DNA from: Rhizaria sp. SCN 62-66
Lineage: Eukaryota
NCBI GenBank assembly: GCA_001724265.1
Contig: MEDY01000063.1
Location: 1-64,000, forward strand
Length of the DNA stretch: 64,000 nucleotides
Direction of reading: 5' to 3'
Part shown: piece by piece, positions 1 to 10,991 of the stretch
Layout of the letters: every line of letters begins with the position of its first letter
How positions within the stretch are numbered: the first letter of the stretch is position 1
Translations under genes and position numbers: made by a program
Notes under the pieces: model-generated
What the model saw: the letters and a program-made list of their open reading frames with translations, nothing else
What the model was told of the DNA's origin: nothing
The model's database searches: none

Positions 1-1
1 C

Positions 2-904
2 TGCGCCTCGTGCATGGCCGCCAGCACGGCCTCGGTCAGCTGCTCGTACTGCGCCGCCACCAAGAGCTGCTACGTTAAGGGCGCCGAAAGCGGGACATGT
101 AGTGCCGAGTTTTTGACGTCAAACACCATGTGTGGCGCTCCCGCTGGCCCCGGTACTGGCGTTGACACCGGGAGTGGCACTGGCACCGGCAGTGGCACTG
201 GCACTGGCACGGGCACTGGCTCCGGTACTGGCACTGGGAGTGGCGCCGACACCGACGACACAGTTGATGGAGGAGCCAATAACGGCGGCAGCAACACCAG
301 TGGCACAAAGTCCGGCAGTGGTGGCGGCATCGACATGGCGATCATAATCGGCGCTGCTGTCGGTGGTGTCGCGCTGATTATCATCATCATCGTCGTGCTG
401 TACTGCCTCTGCTGCCGCCGCAAGGCCAACACGGACAACAAGGCCGACAACAAGAACATGACCGCCCCCGGTGATACTGATCCTAACGTTCCTGTCGTTG
501 TCGCCGTAATCACCCCTAACGAGAACACCGAGAACGACATTTACACTGACGCCAACGCTGACGTGAACGCGGGCGCAGGTGCCGGTAATCATATCGATGA
601 CGAAGACGGCGCGCACCTCGGTGCTGTGGAGCCCAATAACAAGCCTTCGGCTGCTGCCGTTGACGTAGGTGCCATGGAGCCTATCGAAGGGGCTTACAGC
701 AACGGCAACGAGGCCCCCAACTCTCAGGTTCAGGCTACCCCTGCTTCCGCGACAGCGACGACGGATGCAGAGAAGGACGCAGCGCCGGAGGATTTTAATA
801 GCAACACGACTGCTAACCAGGCAGAGACGCCGTATCAGGTTGGCTCAGCGGCCTCTGCCCCTGTCATCGTTATTCACAGGGATCCCAACGCAGCTTCCAA
901 TTAA
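2..904 (+). CDS. Single-pass membrane protein with a PSI/plexin-like Cys-rich ectodomain and a Gly/Thr/Ser linker (5'-partial)
   Basis: The frame is open from base 2: CASCMAAS..SCSYCAATKSCY..C (PSI-like Cys spacing), then GTGS repeats, a TM helix (IIIGAAVGGVALIIIIIVVLY), a juxtamembrane CLCCRRK and an acidic tail. Stop is TAA at 902-904. Confidence 0.65.
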   Translation, partial: CASCMAASTASVSCSYCAATKSCYVKGAESGTCSAEFLTSNTMCGAPAGPGTGVDTGSGTGTGSGTGTGTGTGSGTGTGSGADTDDTVDGGANNGGSNTSGTKSGSGGGIDMAIIIGAAVGGVALIIIIIVVLYCLCCRRKANTDNKADNKNMTAPGDTDPNVPVVVAVITPNENTENDIYTDANADVNAGAGAGNHIDDEDGAHLGAVEPNNKPSAAAVDVGAMEPIEGAYSNGNEAPNSQVQATPASATATTDAEKDAAPEDFNSNTTANQAETPYQVGSAASAPVIVIHRDPNAASN

Positions 905-1584
905 ACATCCCAACCCTGTTCACAGTTTCGCAGCCTTGCTGCATTTCCACATAACACTGCAAGGCAGTGTCCTAATTCGCGTATCTTTTCCTCAACATCG
1001 CGGCTAGTTGTTGTTTACATTTTGATCAAAATACATTCGCATAATGCGTGCTTTTTTATATTTCTACTGAGTACAAAATGTATCTTTCGAGTTTAGTGAC
1101 TCATTGCGATGTACTGCTATGCAACATCACAGTGAAAAGTTCATTTTCTTGTTTGTCTGTACACGACAAATGTCGTATCTCCGCAGAATAACTAACACTC
1201 GCACGCCATGTATTTAAATAAGTGTTATAAGTGGAATTACTACAGGATAGCTGAGCTTTCGCTTGTCAGGTACATGTACGTACTAATGTCGAAACGGTGC
1301 CAATATGCCGAGTCAAATCATAAAAGATGCCGATTCGCTCGATGCTCGCAATCTAAACTCATAAACTAAAGGCTTTTGTGAATGGGTTTATTTATTTGTG
1401 TTTGAACTTCTTAGCGTTTAAAGCAAAGTCGTATTGTAGTTTTACGTTACGTTTATGAAATCAATTGCTTATTTGCTCGAACATTACCACTTGAAACGCG
1501 ACTTCGGAGTTCGACTGCGGCACTTGTACACACAGAAACGCGTCGACTATTTGTATTTAGTGCGTTTGCGTGACTTCAGTTACT

Positions 1585-1931
1585 TTAGTGGCGCAGGACG
1601 GTCAGTACGCCGCGGTTGCAGCCCAGCTCGTTGCTGTTGTAGCACGAGTACCCGCACACGTCGGGGCTTGACACGGGGCACACGAGTCCGCCGCAGTGGC
1701 ACACATGGGTCTCGGAGGAAATTGTGCCGTCACCGCAGCGCGTGTCGTGCTGCGCGGGGCAAGGATGCGCGCCGACTCGAGGCAGCGGTGCGTCGTGGGC
1801 GAGTAGCACGCGACGTGGGTTCGGCCGCGTAGCTCGACGGTGCACTCGCGCTCGCTGGGGCCGCAGAAGGACGCGCTCGCGGCGGCAGCAAGCAGCGCAA
1901 AAACCAGGCAGAGCAGATCGGACTTGTTCAT
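1585..1931 (-). pseudogene. Secreted Cys-rich CBM52-like carbohydrate-binding protein with a 1-nt frameshift (pseudogene or sequencing error)
   Basis: Signal peptide MNKSDLLCLVFALLAAAASA, then ACYSPTTHRCLESARIL. A second frame continues CPAQHDTRCG..CHCGGLVCP..CGYSCYNSNELGCNRGVL to TAA. Adding one base near 1761-1762 gives a coherent 115-aa protein. Confidence 0.6.
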
Positions 1932-2963
1932 CGTGCCGTAACGTAGCTGGGCCATGGCAGAACAAGGAAACATCACAAAACAAAGTATGTGTTATGCATT
2001 TATGTTAAAATGCAGCATTTTATTTTCTTTTTCTATGGGCTGTGACACGATCTGATTCGCTGGAGAACATGACCTTTTGACGTCTTCCTAACAAGCTGCG
2101 TTTGACAGTACTGAACAACACTGTCTTGCGATGCCAGTGTTCATGGAATGTTTATTAACGCTTTACTAGTCTATTTGGACATCCGCCCTGTACACGCCCT
2201 TACGTTTAATTTTGTTTATTCAATGATACACCTGAGAATTCTTGATACTCGTAATATTTTGATATTTAATTCTACTGTAGTACTTAGTATCCTTTCCCGA
2301 ATCGTCTTGATCATTGTGTTCCCAAGATATGTTCTTGTATAATACAGTATACACTGTACTATTAATACTAGTATATAATATCAAGCGCATAATTGCGTCC
2401 CAGCATACTTTAAACAAGAAGAGACAATACATTTAGATATAAAAAACAGCATACCGCAAAAATCCTGGCACCAGGCTTTGTTAAGATGATAACCCCAGTA
2501 TATTTGTTACTTGAGCTCTGCGTCACCACGAACGGTTTGTTCACGAACGGTTTGTTCATAGCCGTTTCTCTCGGTCAGGTCGTCGGAAGGCAAGCCGCGA
2601 GAGGTGGGGGACGACGTCTTCAGAAGAGACGAGTCGTCATCGGCAAGTCTTACAAACACGGTTTCGCTCATTAACTGCTCTGGTTCGGTTCTGCCGCTGC
2701 GTTTTTCGGCTTTACACGACCTTTCTCAGTATTCATACGAATTTGCACATGGATTTGCATCAGTATGTACTGTGTTTAAGCGTTCGGCTTTCCGGCCTAC
2801 AAGGAACACTCATCGCAGAGGAACGGGCTTGATGCTATCTTCTTATTTTGCCGTGTTAAAGCGCATTGATTCCACAATGAAAGCGTTTTCTTGGGTTCAA
2901 ATGCTTACAACACATCTTCATTAATTCGTATTTTCGACTTGTGCGCTTTTATTGTAGATTAAG

Positions 2964-4079
2964 ATGCGCTTCTCCGGTGCTATGCTTGCTGTCTTTGTGG
3001 CCTTCGCGGCCTTCGTTGCTGCCACTCAGGCTGCTTCTTCCTGCCCCTTCCAGGCTGCTCAGAACGGTGAGCTCGTCAACGACGAGGAGTTCATTCGTGC
3101 TGCCTACTCCAAGTTCCTCAAGGACCACCACGGCAACTCCAACCGCGCCCCCGTCGAGGTTGAGAGCCGCTTCCACCTCTTCCGCGCCAACTACATCCGC
3201 GCGATGGAGCTGAACGCTGAGCTCAACGCTGCCCGCGGCACTACCGGCCTCGTTGCCCACGGTGTCACCAAGTTCTCCGACATGTCCCCCGATGAGATGC
3301 GCGCCTACACCGGCTACGTCCGCTCCTCGGAGAACATCCGCCAGCGCTACTTCGACTCCGCCAAGGACCAGACGTACCGCGGCAGCGAGCCCGCTCTCTC
3401 TGACTGGCGTAAGGAGAAGGGTGTCAACACCGCTGTCAAGAACCAGGGCCAGTGCGGCTCCTGCTGGGCCTTCAGTGCCGTCACCGCGGCCGAGGGTGCC
3501 ATCGGCGTCAAGTACCGCAACAACACCGACACCGATGCCGAGCTCTCGACCCAGCAGGTCGTCGACTGCGACAAGCGCTCCGCCGGCTGCCGGGGTGGCG
3601 ACCTCCCCCCCGCGTACGACTACATCACCAAGCGCGGTGGCCTGATCGCTGACCGCGACTACCCCTACACCGCCAAGGACGGCACCTGCCGCGACACCCA
3701 GGCCAGCCTCCAGTCTCAGATCCAGGGCTACGAGTGGACCATCCCCCCCTGCACCTCCGGCGGCTGCGGCAAGCAGGACGAGACCCTGCTCTCGCAGAAG
3801 ATTGCCGAGAAGGGCCCCGCCGCCATCTGCGTCTACGTCACCAACGACTGGTACAGCTACACCGGCCCCGAGCCCCTCTCGGCGTCGTGCGGCTACGACT
3901 ACTACTCCCTCAACCACTGCATCACCCTCGACGGCCTGATTGAGGAGAAGGGCCAGCTCGCCTGGGTCGCCCGCAACAGCTGGGGCACCTCCTGGGGCAT
4001 TGGTGGCTTCATCAAGTTCCCCTTCGGCAAGAACTCCTGTGGTCTCGCCGACGAGGTCGCTCACGTCATTGTCGCGTAA
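2964..4079 (+). CDS. Papain-family (C1A) cysteine protease, cathepsin L/F-like, intronless, 371 aa
   Basis: Signal peptide; I29 prodomain (ERFNIN-like ESRFHLFRANYIRA and HGVTKFSD); catalytic motifs QGQCGSCWAFS, LNHCI and RNSWG; strong GC3 codon bias. Confidence 0.95.
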   Translation: MRFSGAMLAVFVAFAAFVAATQAASSCPFQAAQNGELVNDEEFIRAAYSKFLKDHHGNSNRAPVEVESRFHLFRANYIRAMELNAELNAARGTTGLVAHGVTKFSDMSPDEMRAYTGYVRSSENIRQRYFDSAKDQTYRGSEPALSDWRKEKGVNTAVKNQGQCGSCWAFSAVTAAEGAIGVKYRNNTDTDAELSTQQVVDCDKRSAGCRGGDLPPAYDYITKRGGLIADRDYPYTAKDGTCRDTQASLQSQIQGYEWTIPPCTSGGCGKQDETLLSQKIAEKGPAAICVYVTNDWYSYTGPEPLSASCGYDYYSLNHCITLDGLIEEKGQLAWVARNSWGTSWGIGGFIKFPFGKNSCGLADEVAHVIVA

Positions 4080-4740
4080 GCCGTTGTCGGTCCGCTAACT
4101 GACGTCTTAGGCAACTGTTGCTTTAGTCAAAGTCGAACCCACTCGACGTCGTGCCACCTCCTTGCGTGGACGAAGACACACTGCCCCGAGTGACGCGAGC
4201 TTGTGCGGCGGTCACTGCGGGTCTCACGCGCTGCTCTTTGTTGATACGATGTGTATCTTTTACAAACAGCGCGCTGGCTCCGCAGCGTATGCTCTCTGAT
4301 GGTTCGGATCGCGCGCTATTGCGCCCATGTTGACACCCAGTCAGTCGCATAGCGACACTGGCTCCGTGGGCTGCGCGCGCCCCGTCCGAGCGCCGGCCCG
4401 CCGCTCCGCGACTACGCGATCTCACCACACACTTTCATAGCCAAAATTTGTTACAAATGTTTAGAGAGTTTCAAGAAACACCAGAAGCACTCCTACAATA
4501 CAAACGCATCTTTTCTTATTCTTTAATCTGTATATTTTCTGTTAGGTTTCTCTGTTTCTCTGCGCTGCTTTCTTTGCGACACATGTTAATTTAATGGTGA
4601 CATTAGTTAAACGAGTTTGAGCCGAAGCGCATCTACAATTTGTTGTTTATTTTGCTATTTTCTTCCTGTCCTATGTATACATTTAATATCTCAACCACTA
4701 ATTAAAGCATATTACGTCTGAAGCTCTCAGTCTACTCCCC

Positions 4741-7700
4741 TCACATCTCGACGGACTTGGCGTAGCTGCGCACGGCGTCGACGCCCGAGGCCAGCGCGGG
4801 ATCGAAGAAGCGTGCGAGGCCCTGGCGAAACGCCTCGGGCTGCGTCAGGAACGCGTCGTGGCCGTGCGCGGACCGCACGGTGTCGAACTGCAGCCGCGGC
4901 GCGTGGCGCGGGCCCAGCGCCTCGGCCAGCGCGGCCATCTCCTCGACCGGGATCAGGGCGTCCTCGCGGATCCCCACCAGGTACAGCTCGCTCGCACCGC
5001 CGTTGCTGCTGTCACTGCTGATGTTGTTGCTGCTGCTGCTACTGCTGCTGCCGATACTGCTGTGCAGCGGCTCGAGGCCGAGGAGCAGCCGCTGCGCGCC
5101 GCTGGCCTGCGCGCGCGCGCGCACCAGCGCGCGCAATGACTGGGCCGCCCCCTGATCCTCGCCGCCAGCGCGTTGCGGGGCGTCAGCAGCCCCAGCGCGC
5201 AGGAGGCGCGCCTGGCCGCGGTAGTGCTGGCGCCAGCCGCGCGCGATGGCGTCGATGTCGGCCAGGTCCATCAGCTTGCTCATGGCCAGGTAGCACTGCA
5301 CGTCGTAGACGCCGCGGAAGCGCTCGGCCGCCAGACGCATGTACGCCTCGCACTCCAGCACCGCGCCGCCGCCACTGTGGCCGTAAGCGCGGTTATGGCT
5401 GTGGACAGAGCTGGCCTCGGCGTCGGAGTCAAAGTCGAAGTCGAGGTCGTCGCCGTCGTCGCTGTTGGCTGCGGAGGACGCGGCCCAGGCGAAGCGGGCG
5501 TCGAACTCGCTCCTACGAAGTGGCAAACAGAAGTTAAAATAAAGATAGATGTAAGAGTTTTGTACAGATTTGAGGAACAGATATGGATTATCTACTCTAT
5601 ATTCAACAGTAAAACACGATCAAACAAGTCAATAAAGAGATGCATGAATTGAGCAAAGCCGTCAAGTCGTACCTGGTTCGGTAGGCGAGCGTGCCGACGA
5701 GCCTGGCGGCGTCGAGCGCGGTGGCCGGCGAGCCGCCCTGCGCGAGCGCCTGGCGCAGCGCCGTGCGCTGGACAAAGCGCAGTGCGGCCGTGGCGGGGGA
5801 TGTCTTGCCCGTCGTGCAGATGACCGCGGCGCGCGGAAACAGCCCCGGGACGAGCGCGGCGAGCGAGAGCGCCTGCATGCCGCCCATCGACGCGCCCACC
5901 AGCCCCCACAGCCCGCCGCGGCACGCAATGGCGTCAGCCGCGTCAGCGTCAGCGTCAGTGTGGGCATGAGCGCGAGTGAGCAGGCGGGTGGGAACGAGGC
6001 CGGAGAGCAGGTGCGCGGGCACGCGGGCGCTGAGGCGGCCGTAGGCACGCTCCCACTCAGGGATACTCCTGCCAGAGCCATTAGAGCCATTGCTGCTCGA
6101 GCCGCTAGAGCTGGCGCTGGAGCTGGCCTTGCGGCGGGAGGCGGCGCGGACGCGGCTGAGCCAGTCGGCCGCAGTGGCGGCCACGGCGCCCTCGTCGGCC
6201 TCGAGCGTCAGCAGCCGCGACCAGTACCGGGCCTCCGCCTCCGCCGCCGCCTCCGCCTCCGTCTCGGCCTCAGGGCGCAACTTGGCGCTGCCGCCGCGGG
6301 GCCGGGCGAGCTCATCCAGGAGCCAGGGTCGCAGCGCCAGCGCCGTGGCCGCGGGCGGCGGCGCCAGCGACAGGAGCAGGCGCGCGCGCTCCCCGGCCCT
6401 CGCGGCCACCGCGGCAGCAGCAGCAGCAGAGTCTGTGGCAGCGCGAGCGGAGACGGCGACGGAGGCCGAGGCGGCGGAAGTGATGCCGCGAGTGAAGGCA
6501 TCGGCAAGCAGCTTCGGCGGTACCGTACCGGCGTTGTCGTCGCTGCCGTCTGCGCTCTGCCCCAGCGCGGCCGCGGCCTCGGCGGCGTAGCGCGGGGGTA
6601 GCGCACGCACGGCGAGAAACTGCTGCAGCAGCGGCGCGGGCGGCCGCGGGTACCGCCACGCGCCGCGCAGCCCGCCGCACGGCAACACTATGGGCACCGG
6701 CATGGACGCAGACGCAGGCGCGGTCTCTGCCGCAGTCGCCGTTGCATTCGCCGTTGCAGACTCGCAGGGAGCAGAGGCTGCTGCGTCGGCGTTCGCAGTG
6801 CCGCTACCGATGCCGCTGCCGCTAACGCTGCCGCTGCAGTTGCTGTTGTCGGCGGCCTGGACGCTGGGCACCGCGGGCGGGGTGGCGGGCGCGAGCGCGA
6901 GCGCGAGCGCCAGGCCGAAGGGCGACGCGGGCGCCACCGGCGGCAGCAGCGGCCGCACCGACCGCCATTGCGCTCTTCCGCTCGCAGTGGCAGTGGCAGT
7001 GGCACTGGCGCTGGCGCCGGCACTCGCGGCAGCATGGGGCACGGGCACGAGGGCCCAGCGCGAGCCGTCGGGGCCCCAGTGTGTGCGGCTGTGCGTGGGC
7101 GCGCGACTCGCGGGGACGCGGCCAGGCGCGCCGTGGTTGCCCGCACCGTGGCGGCCGCCGGCGCTCTGAGGCACCCCGAGCTCGAGCCAGCCCTGGCCGT
7201 GGTCGCCCGCCCTTGGCGTACTGCGCTCCGAGTCGGCGTCCGCGTCGCCCTCCGCGTTGGGCTCCGAGGCGCGCCAGATCATCGGCGGCGGCGGCAGCCC
7301 CGTCGGCATGGTGTCGGGCAGCAGGCTCAGCGCCTCTACCGGCGGCAGCTCGCCCGTGGTGCCACCCGCAGCAGCAGTCACCGCAGCAGCAGTCGCCGCA
7401 GCACTCGCACTCGAAGCATGAGTCGCGGTGATGACGGCACCGTTACCGTCGCCGCCAGCCGCAGCGTCGCAGAGCGGCAGCGCGAGGCTGGTGCGAGTCT
7501 GCGCGACTGCGGCGGCGTCGGCCGAGTCGGTGGCCAGTCCCAGGTGCGCGAGCAGCAGCGCGTGCGCGAGCGCCTGGTCCGCGGGCGTGACCACTGGGAA
7601 GCCGCCGCCGAAGCCGAAGCGGCCCGCAAAGCCGCTGACAGCGCCGGCGCCGACAGAGCCGGTGCAGTCGGGGGCGCTCAGCAGGGCGCGCTCTGAGTCC

Positions 7701-10314
7701 GCCACACTGCTCGCCGCGGTGATATTCCCGCTGTGCGAGTGCGCGTGCGAGTGCGCGTGTGGATGCGTGTGTGCATAAGTGCTGCCGAGCGCGGCGGCGA
7801 GCGCGAGCGGCAGGGCCGGCGCGAGCGGGGACGTGCTGCCGAAGGGGTTCCCCAACGGCGCGGGGCACACCACGCGCACCCGCCGCGAATCCAGCGCCGG
7901 CTGCGGCGGCGGAGGCGGCTGCGGCGGCTGAGACTGAGACTCATGTGGCTGCGGGGACTGGGCACTGGAGCCCACGTGCGCGATAAAGGCGCTCGCGTCC
8001 GCGTCGTCGTCGTTGGGCCCGACGGTGTGCTGCCACCAGCCCTCGGCGCGCGGCGTCGCGGCCAGCAGCCGGGCCACCAGCGGCGCCGCGCCGGGGGCCG
8101 TGTCGTGGTTCTCTAGCCACTGCGCCACGGCCGCGCCACCCGGCAGCAGGCCGTGCGCCTGCGAGCGCCACCGCTGCGCCTGCAACTGTGTAGAGGGGGA
8201 CTGCGAGGGTAGTGGCAGGGCGCGGGCGTCGCGCGCGCACTCGAGAGCGACTGCGAAGCTCACGGCGGAGATGATGGCGCGCTCGGCGGCGGCCGCGGCA
8301 GCGACGGAGGCCGCCACGGACGCGACCGCAGCAGAGGCAGCAAAAACAGCTGCGCCGGGAGCAGTGCTACCGACAGCAGCAGTTGCGGCGGTGGTGTTGC
8401 TGTTGCTGGCGCAGTGGCGCGCAACGTTGCTGTGCACCGCGACGCTGACTGCCGCGGCGCTGCAGTCGGCCGTGACGGTCCGCGGCGGCAGCAGGTCGTC
8501 CAGTCCGCACACCAGCGCGCTCCCATCGTCGCCGCTCACCGCGCCCACTAAGCTCTGCTGCTGACAGTGCTCTTGTTCGAGTCCCCAGAGCTCCGCGGCG
8601 CGCGCGGCGAGCCAGAGCGCGTCGGCGGGCGAGTAGGCGGCGCAGGCGGCGCCCAGCGAAAGCAGCGGATCCAGCAGCGTCAGCACGCTAGCGCCGTGCG
8701 CGATGTCCGCGCCGCTCACCGCCACTGTCCCGCCCGCACTGGCGCTGCGGCCACTGGCGCTGCTGCTGCCACCGCCGTTGTTGTCGTGGTTGCAGTGCGC
8801 GGGCGGAAGCGGCCAGCGGCGCGCGAGCGAGTGCTGCGTGACCGAGGCGCCGTGTGACATCGAGGGCAGCACCACCACCGCGGGCACCGCCGCGTTGAGC
8901 GCGGCAGACGCAGACACGGACGCTGGCGCCGCGGCGGGACCCGCAGCAGGCGATCCTGCGGCACTTTGCTGCGACTGCTGCTGCGGCGGCGGCTGCTGAA
9001 GTTGTGACGGGTGTGGTTGCAGCTGCAGCGACGAGACCAGGGGCGCGAGCACCGCGGGCAGATGGGCCAGGTCCTGCGGCTCCACACTGTCCACCATCGC
9101 CTCGGGCTCGGGCTCGGGGTCCGGCTCCGCGAACGACTGCGCCACAGCCGCTGTCTGCGCGCGACTGTTGTTGCGGGTTGCGAGGGCCTGGGTTTGGTGC
9201 ATGTACTGCCGATACAGGCCGTGCCCGTGCGATGCGTTCGCCCCGCCGCCGCCGCCGCTGCCGTGGCCGTGCGCGTGCGCGCGATGGCACGACGGCCGGT
9301 GCGGCCAGGGCAGCGCGTACATGCCCACATTCGCACCGTTACTATCGCTACTATCACCATTGCTATTGTAGCTGTTATCGCTCACTGACGCCGCGCCAGC
9401 GCCCGCACCGGAGCCCGCGCCGGCGCCTACACTGGGCGCGAGCAGTGCGCTGTAGGCGAGGACGGCGAGCTGCTCGCGCGCGGCGCGCATGAGCCCGAGG
9501 GCGCGGTCGCCGGCGGCCGCTAGCGCGCGCGCGTCGACCAACGAGAGCGGCCCTGAGAGCAGCCGCGCGGGGGCGCTCGCACCGCCGCCGCTGCCGCTGC
9601 TGCCGGCGGTGGCGACGCTGCACCCGCTGTTGGCCTCAGTGAGCACGGCGACGAGCACGCGAGCGAATTCGGCAACGTCGCGCTTGGTCACCGCGGCCGC
9701 CCTGCCCGTGGCCAGCAGCGTGCACAGCCGCGGCGCGGGGGCCAGCGGCCGCGGCAGCACGCGCGCAAAGGGCGCGGCCTCGGTCAGGTCCAGGTACTGC
9801 ACCTCCAGCGCGGGCAGAGCCGCGGGGCTGACTGAGAGCGGGAACGGGCGGTTCAGCGCAACCTGTCACCGACGATAGCACAAACATGAGATACAACACC
9901 GTATATAAGTGAGAGTAGAGATAAAACGCAGTAGATGTGAAAGAAGTATATCAACATGACATCGTGAGTTAAAACTGTTGATATTTCATTTTGCGAAAGG
10001 TATACATCGGTTAGTGCTTGGTCTCTGCTGATCCATGTGCGACATACCCTTGCGAGGTGGAGGTTGCTGGGCAGCAGGATGGATAGATTGGGGATCGGCA
10101 GCGCCGGCTCGCTCACGGACACCGCAGGCAAAAGCGCAGCGCGGCGCGCGCGGTGCGGCTGCTGCCCGGCAGCGGCGTTAGCGGCCGTGGCGCTGGTGCT
10201 GAAGCTGCTGCGGCAAGGAGCAGTGACCGAGACAGAGGTGTGCGCAGTGCGTGTGTTCAGCGCGACGGCGGCACGCGGGGCAGCGCGGACGCGAGCAACG
10301 GCAGCAAAGAGCAT
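4741..10314 (-). CDS. MetX/Cys2-family homoserine/serine O-acyltransferase (alpha/beta hydrolase), about 1742 aa with huge low-complexity insertions and a probable mitochondrial presequence
   Basis: Exons 10314-10048, 9862-5673 and 5512-4741 (GT-AG introns, frame preserved). Family motifs occur in order: FPLS..LPALEVQY, EGWWQHTVGP, LDSRRVRVVC..LGNPFGSTSP, FPVVTPADQA..LLLAHLG, GASMGGMQAL (catalytic Ser), ARLVGTLAYR|SEFDARF, ECEAYM..YLAMSKLMD, GIREDALIP (Asp), HGHDAFL (His). Confidence 0.85.
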
Positions 10315-10991
10315 GCGGGCGCGCGGATGCACAGATCAAGCTGCGACTGAGAGAGAGACTCGGAGCAACAAGGAGCGAGAGAATCGGCGTGGGGCTTCAA
10401 GTGGAGGAGATAGGTTTTGGCAAGATATGCACACCTTCGCAAGAGATACAAGGCAATTCAAAGACAACAGCATAAATATAATAAGATGTACAATTGGAAA
10501 TCACAATATTTAAATCAGTTGATAAAGCTTACATGATCAGCGTAGTTTTGTAGGTCGGGCGTGGATGGTGGTTGTGCAGTTGCAATGGGGGGTTGGTTGC
10601 AATAGTTTGTTCGAGCTGTAGACATCATATTATCGACTGACAATTAAGTGCAAGATGACAAGACTCAGGTTTGACTATTCAAGAGAAAAGATGGCGGCAC
10701 ACAACGGATGTCTTCATGGTCTACTCAACATGTTTCGTTAGCCCTTCCGTCACTCACCCGTCAACGACGTCACCGCAGTCTCCGTCGCTACTCCCGAAGA
10801 CGGCCACACACTTCATGCTTCTCTCTGCTGACATCGAAACCAAAAGGCGCGAACTTATTTCTCACCAGCTCTATACTTTCAATCCTGTGCTTTGCTTCCC
10901 TCGCCTCTCCCTGCCCCTGCTCCCACCTTCCGTGTGCCTCACTGTGTCCTCTCGCTTCCCCCGCGCTCTTCGCACCCACAGCAGAGCCGCG

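Noticed and set aside
2949-4064. Long antisense and alternate-frame ORFs (e.g. 2949-4064 -, 24811-26259 +, 43392-45539 +, 33146-34849 -)
   Set aside because: They are shadows of GC3-biased real genes on the other strand and have no motifs or splice logic of their own.
5900-9800. Intein or mobile element as the source of the MetX insertions
   Set aside because: There are no intein C/S...HN-C/S/T junctions, endonuclease or transposase motifs, or terminal repeats. The inserts are Ala/Gly/Ser/Pro low-complexity sequence.
10671-10991. ORF-track N-terminal extensions from TTG/GTG or intron-embedded starts (also 14620, 32795, 18992, 28504, 53687)
   Set aside because: This is eukaryotic sequence. 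These extensions are pyrimidine-rich UTR or intron read-through, and ATG starts or splice acceptors explain the genes.
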